From positions 1 to 63,408 of the forward strand of contig CAJVPI010000061.1 in the NCBI GenBank assembly GCA_910592345.1: 63,408 nucleotides of DNA, in the 5' to 3' direction. Below the pieces are notes generated by a model. The model saw only the letters and a program-made list of their open reading frames with translations. It made no database searches and was not told the origin of the DNA. The stretch comes from Paraglomus brasilianum (Eukaryota). Made by a program: the position numbers and the translations under genes. Positions 11,970-24,313 of the stretch are shown here, in pieces. How positions within the stretch are numbered: the first letter of the stretch is position 1; each line of letters opens with the position of its first letter.

Positions 11970-13625
11970 TAAACCCGACAAACTAAACAGACGCCTCTAT
12001 AGAATAGTTGTTGTGTTAAAACCATTCCTTAATATTTGTTTTGTTTTGCAGCAACAATTTCCTTCTCTAATTAAGACGATGAAGTCTAAAATGTCACAAC
12101 TGACACAAGATGATTATACAACCAGAAAACTCGTGAATCCCAAGTTACTTGCGAAGGAAAAGCAGTTAATTAACACTCTTATTTTTATCTTAAATTAGTC
12201 TTGGTAGACATAATTCTGCAGAGTAGAATGAATCCTGAACCTGGAAATACAGTATGCCATTTATGTTCAACTTGTCTGATTTGTTGCAAATATGTTCTAT
12301 ATCCGAATGCTACGAAGAATGTTAAACTTGAAAGGAATATTGCATAGTAATAGTAGCGATGTTCATTAATACAAGTTGGCAACACAAACTCTTTTCAAAG
12401 TTCTGACCTATTTTTGAATTCAATCACTTCAACATTGATGAGAGTTGTATAAAGTGAATGTAATGTATTATTATTAGCGTAGATTAAGCCATGAGATTAC
12501 TGCAATGCTTTTATTTTGGCTTGGGTAAAATTTCAGAATATTTATATTATTAAAACGTTTACGTGAAATTGTGTCATTGCTATTAGCAATGCTGGACACG
12601 TGAAAAGGTTAATGATTATTAAACGCTATCACTATCACTATCCATTATAACTACGGATCACACCATATTGCATGATTGGTTGTTTATGGCAGTTTTCCTA
12701 TAGCTTTTAGATAATACTGGATTTAGTTTGAAACATGTTTGATTGTACAAGATGAAACAAGAAAAAGTAGATTGATTGTTGTTGTTACTTCCTATTGTGC
12801 TAATATAATTAGTCTCACGTCATATGGTGTAACACACATAATAACTTAAAAGGGTTTCAATTTTTGTGCAACCTGTATGCTTAAACTACTAAGCTATTAC
12901 TATTACTATCGAGCATCAACGTTTTTCCATTTGTTTACTATTTATCTACCTTGATAGGACATTTGCGATGAACAATATGTTTTAATGTAGTTTCTCCGGT
13001 TTTGTTTTTCACAAGGAAAAGGAACAATTATCGTTACGGAACACCTCTATTCCTTTGTATGGTCTATCGTTCGCTTTGTCCTTTCGCTAACAAGGAGACT
13101 ATAATAAAGACGACGCAATTGGGGGGGTCTTATTGTGAGCTGGGTTTGACGATCTAATTCGAGAATTCCTATTCGGTTGTTCGTGCATCGAGGTCATTGG
13201 CTAGGACAAAAAAAGATTTGCAAATCCCAGATAATTGGTTCCTATCAGTTTCACCCCGAATAAAGCCGAGTTGATAAGTTGTATTTTTGTTTGCGGGCAT
13301 TATTACGTTTCTGTGTAATGACTGACTAATTTTGGAAATCAGAATTAAAAATGGCTCTGGATATAGGATGTCTTGACAGACCACTAATATTCGATTCATT
13401 AGCCACACACACTCAAATATATAAACGTCCAAAAGGCCTTCCCCAGTTGTTCTCTTAACTGCCGTATTTCGGATAGTTGTTGACAACTAAAAAAAGTCCA
13501 GGCGACTACAAGTACTCACGCTCTCTGCAACGGCAAATCGAGGACTGGATTCCCAATAACATTTGACTGTTAATAACACTCCAACTACATCATCACGTTC
13601 ATTCTTATTCACTATCAATCACGCA

Positions 13626-13814
13626 ATGATTGCCACCAATCTCAGTACTCTTGTCTTCTACGTCGTCCTTCTTATGGTGATGGTTACCGGTCTCATTACA
13701 CCACACGCCGATGCCCTCCCGATGTCTCTTATTCAGGCGGAAGATAATCCATTCGACGTACTCTCCAACAGTGCTATGCCATGGAGCCAAATGAGTGAGG
13801 GGTCTCTCATCTAA
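13626..13814 (+). CDS. Candidate small secreted protein (62 aa)
   Basis: MIATNLSTLVFYVVLLMVMVTGLITPHADA|LPMSLIQAEDNPFDVLSNSAMPWSQMSEGSLI has a hydrophobic core and an A-x-A cleavage site. TATATAAA lies at ~13418. Confidence 0.55.
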   Translation: MIATNLSTLVFYVVLLMVMVTGLITPHADALPMSLIQAEDNPFDVLSNSAMPWSQMSEGSLI

Positions 13815-15079
13815 TGAACATTGTTATTTAATAACATCATAATATTTATGATCGGAGGGTTCCTGCAATACTAATACCGATGCCAAGACAAGACAAGGAA
13901 CCGCAAAAGTATCGAGATTTACATCCCAATAATTCCATTATCCCGTTATGTCACAAATTTGGAAATGAAAATTTCTATTTCTATTTTTTTATTGTAAAAA
14001 AAAAAAAGACTGGAGTTGTGTTCTTCATTTAGTCATTGAACTGTATAAATAAAGGATGGAGCTTCTTCGACAATATTATCTGTACGAATTGTGTACCTCA
14101 TAATTGATTGGTTATCGTTCGTTTCACATGCTATCATCAAGAGAATACGTAATTGTTGTTCTAATATTGCGCCTATCGACTAGCCATTGGTAGTTAGTAT
14201 TAGGGTCTTAGCACACACTAACGCCAAGTCTTCATTATACATTTGAACATTATAGGTCCCAAAGCAGGTAGAGATGTTCGTGACATTAAGAAATGTTGAT
14301 TGATCGTCTATCATTGCACAGGTTTCATTCCTTAAACCGGTATTTATTGAGGTTAATTATCTACAATTGTCCATCACTATCTATGACCGCTTCCTATCGG
14401 TCCCTTATCGAAAAACTCTTGTATTCAAACTATTCTTCCAGGTTGGCTTGCATAGTTATCTGCATCGACTATTGGTGGTGGGGAATCCAGCTTTACAAGG
14501 AATACCCCTTGTTTGTTGATTAGCTTTGCCAATCATTTGAACTGAATGTGTGCGGCTAAAAAGTCTGCATATCATTCGTTCACGTTTCGTCTATATGTCC
14601 TAAACGTTTGAGAGCAACCAACATACCGACATTCAAATTGCAATTTTGGGCATGCCGAACAGCAGGCTTTCATTAAAAACCGTTAGTTAGCATTAGACAC
14701 ATCATTTGGTTATAAAATATTTGCTAGGGAAGGCTAAATAGAATATTTAGAACTAACGAAAATTTCCGTGGGAATGCCGAAACTACTTCTTTTATTACAT
14801 CCACTAACTCTTTTTAATCACCCACAGAATATTATATTTAATGGTCTAAGTTAATTACATACAAGATTCCTGTTCTTTCTTCACAAGGTGGATTGGGACG
14901 TTACACAAATGGTTAGATCGCGGTTCGAGCTGTTGTAATTCAGACGCAAGAGTAATGGCGCACTATTTTAGCGATCGCCAAATGCGGTCTAGTTCAATTC
15001 ATCACATCAATAGACGCCGCACGCTCTATAAATGCTCAGAAACGAGTGTTTGCGATATCGTAAACCTTTGACACTCGAG

Positions 15080-15746
15080 ATGCATGCACTTCGCTTGATT
15101 CGTTTCGTATCGAGAAGTTCTTCACAGCAAATCAGATATTACACGCCATTCGGGAGGTACGTGATAAGTGACGATAGTATACCAGACAGAAAATATCTGC
15201 TACGTACTGATTATATGTAAATAAAGCCATACGACTGGCAACGATCCAGAAACACTGGAGAAAGGAAAGGAGAAAGTGCTCAAAGGTAAAAGCGAATTTT
15301 CATAAATTCATCTCGGAGATCGCGAGAGCGCAACAAATAATGAGCAGAACTACATTTGAGAAAGTGGCAAGACAATAACATCAAGGAGAATGGGAATGTT
15401 CATAATTATTGAAGAGGAACTTTTTTTTTAGCGAGAAATCTCATCAAAAATGCTCCAGGATGGAAGGAGGAACTTGCGTCTGACAGCGAAGCCGCAGTAA
15501 GTGTTTACAACGTCAGCTTGAAAAAGTTATCGTAAAATTTATCGTTCATAAGCTCATCTTCTAAAAGCTATTACTGTCAACTCTTTGTTCTAGGTGAAAG
15601 CCGATCGCGGCCCGGATCCAGACTCCCTCAAGGTTCTCCAAGAAGAGACCATCGATGCTATTCATTCATCCAAGAACGACGCTGAGACAGACGCTGTCAT
15701 TATTGAGCGTGTGATCGAAGAAGTCAAAATTCGAAAGACTGCGTAG
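15080..15746 (+). CDS. Small conserved fungal protein, probably mitochondrial (4 exons)
   Basis: Spliced product: MHALRLIRFVSRSSSQQIRYYTPFGSHTTGNDPETLEKGKEKVLKARNLIKNAPGWKEELASDSEAAVKADRGPDPDSLKVLQEET...KTA*. All splice phases fit. I recall the 'APGWxExLASDSEAxVKADR' motif from uncharacterised fungal proteins. The N-terminus is presequence-like. Confidence 0.8.
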
Positions 15747-17660
15747 GAAGCCTAGCCACTGACGGCTATGTTGATAATGTGAAATGTAGGATTTGAATTA
15801 AATTCTGGATTCAGTCAACCAACGACCAGACTGATTCAGAGCGAACATGATTCAGCAGTTTGGAATGACCTCTAGTAAAATCCAGGGTTGATTAGCACGA
15901 TAAAAATGTGAGATAATCAATAATAGGTCATTTAAACGAATGAATACAAAAAAACAAAACAAAACAACAAAAACAGAATAGAACCAAAAAAATTGTTAAT
16001 AAATGAAATAGCTCTTGTACTTCTTGCTTACACGCCCGCGTGAGTTAAGTTTTGAAGGCAAGCTCTATTCCCCCTATTGCTAAGGTATAAACTCGCACTC
16101 GTACGTTTGGTTAACTATTAAAACAAATGAAATATTGCAACGATAATTGAGTTATCTTTCCTGTCTGGTTCGATCCTTTCGACGTTTACAGCAAGATGTT
16201 ATTCTAACTTCAGTATGCTAGCTTGTCCTGCTTAGCGTCAAAAACTCTTACTAGAATATCAACTAGCAGTAATACCTAATTATTAATTATAAAGGCGATT
16301 AACTTTAACGAGTCTCTTTAAAAAATCCCTTATATCCGTTTTGGCCGCTCCTAGCGAATGAGCCATAAATAATAGCTTTGACAGTATTTATTTGACATAA
16401 ATATTACTGCGAATAATTAGCACCTAATAATATTAGAGCAACACAACACTCCGCATCCTTCAAACTTAAACCAAGTTTGATTGCAAATCAAAGTATCACT
16501 TTACTGTACATTATGAAAAGGCTCAATCAATAAGAAAGAGGCAACTTCTGAAATAAAAGTCGATTTGTCGAAAACAACAGCATTTGACTCGGATCAAGGG
16601 CAGACAAAAGTTAACATATTGGTATTCCAAGTCACATAACGTAAACGATGATCGTGAATGTAAATAGACCTCCAAAGAAAGCTTACATCCATATGATCCT
16701 TGGAGTTTTGCGTCCTTTTATTAGTTACACCTACGATTGAACGCACAAAGCTAAGCATATTATTAAATATTAGAAAGTTAACTATAGACCTCTAGAAACC
16801 TGCTACAGAATAAACTAGTTATCTTATTTGCAGTTTAAATATAGCTGGGTCACGTTGATGCTTGGCCATTATAATTAGAGTCGAAACCCTGTTCTCATTT
16901 TATTGACCATCATTATCATTGGGAGCTAAACATGTGGGTAATTTGAGATTTAATATATCAATAATAAGATGTCGGTGTGGAATAATATATGCGATTACAT
17001 AAAATATTAACCCTTCAACATGAATATGAAATATTCAAAACCGTTATTGATCCGTCGGCATAACTTAATTAGTAGCTTTAATATTACGGGAGAATTACAT
17101 GACGTTCGTCGACAATATTCACCTAACATCCTATTCAGCCTGCGGCGGAAAAGTGAATAGCATTATCCGAATGTAGTTAGAGCCTTCAAATGAGAATCGT
17201 TATTTAAATAAGATTATCGATAAATTGTCGACAATCTCGCTTTGATCGGCCCGACAAACGTTCCGTTGGCAAAACTGATAGTCGTCTTTGATTGTTTGAT
17301 AATTTTCCTTGCTGCCCATTCTTCATGTCAAATTAAAATTGGGTGATTGAGGCATGTGATTTATTGAGGCTATTATTATACTAATACCATACACATATTA
17401 ATTAGATGTCTTGCAAAAACTCTTATCTTTGGAACACTGCTACGGAGCTGTTATCACCACTGCGCACTAAAAATAAGTCTGCGGACGTAGACACCGAAAA
17501 AGGATATAGCCCTTTTATCGGACGCATTCATTCGATCGGATGTTTTCATGGACATGTCCACCGCACGCACTTATTTGTGCCACAAGGATATGCGGATCAA
17601 TTTTTCTAACGAAAAGGTTTTCTTTCATTCTCATCATCTTTTTGTTCATAGATTTTCAAA

Positions 17661-18505
17661 ATGTCAGGCGATACAAAAATATATGTCTCGTATAACCAAG
17701 TACATGAAATAATAAAGAAAGCAGTTGCGAAATATCGAATAGGTCAAGAATTTCAACCCGATTTAATAATAGCTATTGGAGGAGGCGGTTTTATACCTGC
17801 AAGAATCTTGGTACGTGAGAACGTGCTCATATCGGATGATATAGAGTAGAAAATAGACATTTAGAGAGTTTGCTTGGTTTGATATTGTCCGGTTATCCGG
17901 ACAACAGTGTAGGACCCAAGCTTGCGCTTACAAGATATTCATTAAGTTTCGATATCACTTGAGAGTATTCTGAACATCACATTTACGCTTTTATGCTCAT
18001 TTTAATCCAGCGCACATTTATCAAACGCCAAGGTAACAAGAATATTCTCATCCAAGCGATAGGACTCTCTTTATACGAAGATATACACGATATATCCGAT
18101 GAATCTGCTGTGGCACTAGCTAAAGCTACCAATCAAGTGATAAAAACCCAATGGCTATCATTCGGTCCTCCAGTCGCTACAACACTTGTTGGTAAGAGCA
18201 TTTTAATCGTAGACGAGGTTGATGATACCCGTACAACCCTCTCGTATGCTGTGCAGGAGCTGCGTAAAGACATCGCAGAACAAGAGAAAAAGTTTATAAA
18301 AGAACATCCGGGTAAGAAAGTACCTGAGACTAAGCTCGGCATATTCGTATTGCATAACAAGAAGAAAGAGAAGAAAATGCAATTGCCAGACGAGAGTATT
18401 GTCAGGGCAGGAAGGTATTGGGCCGCAGATGAGACCGCAGATAGATGGATTGTATATCCATGGGAAGCAATCGATATCGAAGAGCATACGCAAAAGTGTG
18501 TATAA
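17661..18505 (+). CDS. XPT1: Xanthine/hypoxanthine-guanine phosphoribosyltransferase (yeast XPT1/HPT1 type)
   Basis: Exons 17661-17810 and 18011-18505. Motifs PDLIIAIGGGGFIPARILRTF, IQAIGLSLYE, PRPP-binding LIVDEVDDTRTTL and WIVYPWE. Confidence 0.93.
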
Positions 18506-18910
18506 TTGGAAGGGGAATTACGCAAATTCAACGTCAACGTCAAATAGACAAGAAAGTAGACGCCTCTATCGAGGGCGGTATTTACGTAGTTGCTGATAAT
18601 TAAGTTTGTCGAGTGATTGCTAATGATTATATAAACGAACACAATACATTGCAACTCAATTATTTGATTGGTTCTTCGCTTAGCGTATTATATATCAATT
18701 GATATGGAAGAAGAATGTCGTTTATGATAATTAGATCGCAACCTTTTGTATTCACAAATTTCGCGTAAATCCAACCATTAATGATCAAAGATGTACAAGC
18801 GCCCACCTACAAGCGAGTTCCTGTTTCTAAATTTGGTTCGTAAATAACCATTATCTATTTCTTACATTTTTTAGTTTTCCCAAGTCTGATCGCTCTTATC
18901 CTTCTTTTTG

Positions 18911-19481
18911 TCAGTCTCTCTTCTCATCCGTTTCGCTCTTCTCATCCGTTTCGCCCTTCTCACCTGATTCACTGTTCTCCCCAGATTCATTCTCTCCATG
19001 CTGGATCTGATCATCAGCAGACTCTGCTTGTTCAGGTTTTTCAGCATTACATTTGTAGCAGACGGTTCGCATGGAATAATTGTAAAATCCACAAGAACAG
19101 AGCCAATCACCCCCTACAACTTTCCTGTCAGTAGGTTTATGATCACACCTAAAGCATGTTGTGCGATTGGCAAAGTTGTGCCCTCGACATTCAGGGCATA
19201 TCCAGTCACCGGGGCGGAAAAATTCTAGTGAACGCTTTTGTATACGGAGCTGCAAGTTGAACGTAAGAGTGAGAAATGATATATATATAACAAGCTACTG
19301 CTATCTATGCTATCGTGATCTTGTCGTATATTCTTACGGTATTATTGATTTGTATCACATTTCTCCATCGAGTAGGTAAAGACCGGATAGATGCGAGTCG
19401 TGTGGAAAAAAACCGCGCACGAGACAGTAAGGAGAAATTATTACGCCCGAGGCTAAGACGTCTGACAATGGAGTTCATCAT
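18911..19481 (-). CDS. Protein with two RanBP2-type zinc fingers and a putative mitochondrial presequence
   Basis: Exon 1 (19481-19338) reads MMNSIVRRLSLGRNNFSLLSRARFFSTRLA.... A phase-0 GT-AG intron spans 19337-19250. Exon 2 has GDWICPECRGHNFANRTTCFRC and GDWLCSCGFYNYSMRTVCYKC, then an acidic repeat tail. Confidence 0.85.
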
Positions 19482-20711
19482 TGCAATACAAAATATTAGA
19501 CGGTCTATAATAATAATAACACTGGACTATTTGCTCCTCAAATAAACGTCACCAGCGTATCCCAACGATGCGAGCAAAGAGAGTGAGTTTGATCAGAAAT
19601 AAAAAAAAAAATTTTTTTTTTTTTGATCGTTGCTTTCATTGGTTAAATCTAGTACTACACTGTATCAGATTTTACGATCAAGATGTAATAGTAATTGCTT
19701 AAATTCTCAGCAATAAAGTTGTACATGTTGTAATTGCTTAAATTCTGGCCCTATTGTAATTGTAAATCCTATTAGTTTAGAATTCATAGTTCAGACATAC
19801 TGTAGCTCCACTGTATCGATTGTGAGTAGCTTTGCTAATGTCACATGTACAAATGCAAAAGACTTGATTTCCAATTGCTTTTGAAACTGGCATCGAAAAA
19901 CGTTATTCTCTCCGAAAAACGTCGCATTTGTCCTTATAAATTAACAATAAACAAATTAGCGAGAAAATTAAATGGAGCAAGATAACCACGTCAAATTGAC
20001 TGTCGGCGAAGTAAACTAAATTGGTAGAAAGTTACCTATTGCTAACATGATTATCGGATAAGAAAACAAAATGTAACTGTTTGTTATTATTAAAAAAAAC
20101 CCCCCATATTTATATAAGTATGTTTAATGAACTCGCTTTACTTAATATTAAATCTTAAATCCAAGCTAGCAGGACTCTTTTGAATTTCACATACTCTTAC
20201 ACAATTTATTGTCGATTCTCAAGTAGTAAAACGCACTATAGTAAAGATAATCAGCTCAGAACTTCTATTTCTGCTCTCTACAAGTTGTTTATATGTAAGT
20301 TCTCATCTTAGGTTATAGCTTGTAACGATTTATTATTTCAGAAACATGGTGCAAATATTGAGCGCAGTACATTATAATATGGAAAGGAGTTCTGTCAAAA
20401 TTTTATTCAAGTAGAAAATTATCTGACGATTTCACTACTCAAATGACAGAAAAAGTAAATATCCTAAAAATGCTTCAGGTGCGATAAATTTACCCAACAA
20501 ATTTGTTCAAAGCATACCAGAAAGACCAAAGCCATGTAGTAACGGCGCATTAGAAGTCCATTGATTTGGTTGCTTAATGATATGAATATTAGTAAGTCTA
20601 TTATAATTATATGTTTTGAGTCCAGCGTGTAACAAAAAATTCTTGCTCTCGATAATCATGTGGGTTTAATCATGTGATGCTCGAACGTATTAATGTTTAC
20701 TATTTACAATA

Positions 20712-21210
20712 TGTTACAAAATTATTCTTTTCTAATATAAAAAGTATGACAGAATTAGATAAAAGTTTACAAATATATGTATTTTTATACAAGAAACAAA
20801 TTTACGTACGGCAATCTAATGAGTTATTTTATTAAAATGTCGTCTAATTTCAAAAATTCAACCCTCGAAAAATTTTGTTATTACTTGTATAAAACAAATT
20901 ATGTTTACATAAAAATTTTCAAATATGTTCTTCATGTTGTTACAAACGAGTTTACTTAAAGTCACTTAATTAAATATCTTAATAAAATTTTTATAAAAAA
21001 ATTTTCTGTTGTTTTTTTTTTTAACTTATAATTACTTTTTCGATCTTTTTTTCCAAGATTAATTTAAAAATTTTAATAAGATAATCTATTAGCTGTCCTT
21101 AAGTAAATTTGTCTCTATATTATACAAAATATAATTATAAATTCTGGACAATTTGGCTTTTTTTTTCATCACACAATAGACTAAAATATTATTCCAGATA
21201 ATTTTGTAAC
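20712..21210. repeat. Degenerate AT-rich inverted repeat (MITE/foldback-like)
   Basis: tgttacaaaattat (20712) is inverted at ~21197-21210. aaatttacgtacggcaatctaatgagttattttattaaaa (~20800) matches the reverse complement of ~21071-21110 with mismatches. Confidence 0.55.
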
Positions 21211-22069
21211 ACACTGCATTTAACGCGTATCGCGTCTTGCAAGTTTTTTGTTTTCTCATTGCACTTTTGAACTGTTACGTTGTCAAACAACAATTCAAGT
21301 TGTTTTACTCAGGGGATCTTTTCTAGAAATTTATAAAAAACTAACATTCCAATTAAAACAATCAAAATATTCTGTTAAAAAAATAATAAAATAAAAGACA
21401 CTAGTAGTGTTGCGCGAATGCCCCTTATTGCCCTGTTTGTGATGATTGACCTGCTGTTATTCTAGATTTGCTTCACACATAAAAAGGAAGCAGTCGTCCT
21501 AAAAAAATCACTACCAGCGCATCCAAGACCATCGGTCAATATTTGAGCAGGATCCAACCATCTCATCTCGAAAGATGGTAATAAGTAACTAATCGGCTGA
21601 GCTATCTTATAGAACGATTTCAAGACATCTGGGGGCCCGGATTATCCCTTAATTTGTAGGCCTAATTTTGACAAATTTGCCCTTAATTTTGCAAACGAAT
21701 AAAAATTTTTTATCTTATTTTGAGGTTTCAAACAAGATAAATTGTAATCAAAACGAGCATGTATGAAGAAAAATCCATTTTTACAAAATTTTTTATGTAA
21801 ATTTTTTAGTTTTTTGTAAAATTTACTCTATTGAGACTATGTCAGTATTAGAGTTCCCCTATTATTAAATGCTATTTTTTTTTCATCTTATTATTGTTCC
21901 AAAACTAAAGATCTCAACAGACTGATGAGTTGTTGAAAAATAATGGATTTTAAAGACAGATACTACTTCCAAACATCGGTTTTAAGGCCATTTTTACTAT
22001 TTATTATCAATTTATTTATTAAAATAAACATTTAATCTAGTCTTTGTAATTTTAATAAACTACATTTTA

Positions 22070-22778
22070 CAACAAGAACCCGTATAACGAAATGCGTTAT
22101 AACGAATTTTTGTTATATTGAAGCAAGCGTTCTTCCCCTTTTTTCAATATTTAAATTTGATCGTTATTACGAATTTTAATAGTAAACCTCGTTATTCCGT
22201 TACCGAAGTTCGGTTGCAAGATTTTGTATATGGTAACTAGTCGCCTTATAACGAAGTTGATCACGTGATACAAATTCAAACATGATGATTGGTTGTAGCA
22301 ATTAGAAAATTTGTCATACGATACAGTGATTGGTTGTAAAGCAAATTGCATGTTGTCATACAACTTTACGTGAATATGAATATTCTGCATCGTTATTTAA
22401 TAGTTAATCATGTGTTTTTTATTCACTGACGCATCGAACAATTTTAAGGTCGACCGATTATATTCTCTCAAAATGAATTTCCGATACATAAATATTCTTT
22501 TGATTTTGTGTGTCCTTTATTAAGCACAGCTAAGGTGGACTTGATTTTCTAACATTTGAGTGATCCATAGAAATCATTATATATTTTTTTGTTTTCTCCT
22601 GCGACTGTATATTTGTATTATTTTGCAACTAATAAACATTGTTTACGAAAGTCTCAATATACCGAATATTACTTGACTTTAGGCTAGACTTCGTTACAAA
22701 GAGAGTGTTTGTTTTACCGAATTCCTCATTATAACGAATCATAGATGACCCCCCGTGCCTTCGGTATGGGTTCGACTG
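22070..22778. mobile_element. Degenerate pogo/Tigger-like MITE
   Basis: The right end is gggttcgactg-TA and the left end TA-caacaagaacccgtataacgaa. TTATAACGAA motifs recur internally, as in Tigger/pogo TIRs (CAGTCGAACC...TATAACGAA). Confidence 0.55.
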
Positions 22779-23114
22779 TATATGTAAATTAAATGTTGAA
22801 TAGTTTATTTTAAATTTACTTTATATTTACACAAAGACAACGCCTATTAATATGCAAGGTTGAGCGGTTGGAGACATGTTTTTACAGCTTATCCACCATT
22901 TTGTGGCTTATATTGACAACAACACATCAGTTGAATAATCATATGATTTGGGCTTAACGATTGGCAAAGGATATGAGGCTCTATAGAACAATTAGATCAC
23001 GTGATTATATAACAATAAATAGCGGTTGGGTTATAGACACAGCTGCGTTATATCAGATGATTAAATACTTGTTTGAAAGCAAAAAACTAGACAATTTTAT
23101 TTAAAAAGTTAATT

Positions 23115-23707
23115 AAATATTGTTGCCATTATTATCAACAGGTAATAGTAAGCTGACAACGTCCCTTAATTGACTCAATTAAATTAATTTATAACATTAT
23201 AATTTAGCGGAATATTATCCCATTTATATATCATAACTGTTCTAATTCTGCAATATTTCTTGGTTGTTGTTTCCCCATTTTCTGCTTGACAATGGCCCAT
23301 AATTTTCACTAGCTTCAATGTAAATTCCTTCTGAATTGAGCCCCAAAACTTCACTTGCTTGTTTTTGTTCTTCAGTGCTTATTTTCTTGTAACTTTTGGC
23401 CGTTGAGTAAGTTCCTTCATTTATCTTATTTTGGAACCATTCGGCAGTAAAAGTAATTTTTGTTTTGAAGATCAAGCTTTCCCACCAGAATGCCAATTCG
23501 AAAACCGGGAGGAGAATACGCTCTATTTATTTTAGCAATGTTATCCTTTAATAATACCATTGAACTCTCGTGTGGAGAAAGCAAATTCCTTTGACAGACA
23601 TCCTGAAGAGTGCCATTTTGTTTAGTAGGCAAACACAATAGAATGAAAGGTGACAGACGTTGTGCCACTGATAAGGTCTTTATAGCCTTACGCCCAACAC
23701 AACGCAT
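23115..23707 (-). pseudogene. Degraded coding fragments; the 3' part resembles a Tc1/IS630 transposase C-terminus
   Basis: Near 23240-23120, broken frames read KWDNIPLNYNVI/NLIESIKGRCQLTI...NGNNI, like the 'W..IP...I.NLI.SM..RC..VI...G' end of Tc1 transposases. The upstream fragments are unassigned. Confidence 0.45.
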
Positions 23708-24313
23708 CGAAACTGGAAGTTAAGAACGGGAGATTCGTGTATCCCGGCCCTTACTAGATCAATCGCTTTCCAGAGAATGTGCCAACCCAAGAGGGACAAA
23801 TGGGTTTACTGACATAAAGGGAATCTTATTCAAATGCTTCGTTGCCTGAAGAGTGGAAACTTTAAGATTTTGCTAGAGTTCACCCCCACTTGCGTGTCAC
23901 TGATCGTTAAATCAGCGATCTCAAGTGTGATCGTGTTGATTACATGAACGAGTGCATATACCGATAAGAAAACTCTTACGTGGATTATTTTGGCTGCAAT
24001 TATAATAATTGTACTGTAACAAACATTGCATGGTAATTATATCGTCTCATCGTCACCTGCTATCTCATTGTTATCTGTTTCTGTGATATCCTTCAACCAA
24101 CCGTATCACAGTTTGTCGAATTTGGCAGGAGCTGGGTATCCAGTATACCACTCAATAGCTTGGTAACGTATAAACACTCGAAGTCACTCCCTAATTAGAA
24201 TGTAAATCCTAATTAATAGGGTTTGGGAAATCTCAGAAAATCTTAGATTTGGCTGATAATCACATGTTCACAATCAACATATTTCTCATCAATCCCATTT
24301 CTTTTTCTCATCT

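Noticed and set aside
14890..14935. GGTTCGA T-loop-like motifs (also at 16167 and 22769)
   Set aside because: No cloverleaf or A-box at the right spacing.
18871..19110. Alternative-frame ORF with RRAKRM repeats
   Set aside because: It is a frame shadow of the 18-nt repeats in the zinc-finger gene tail.
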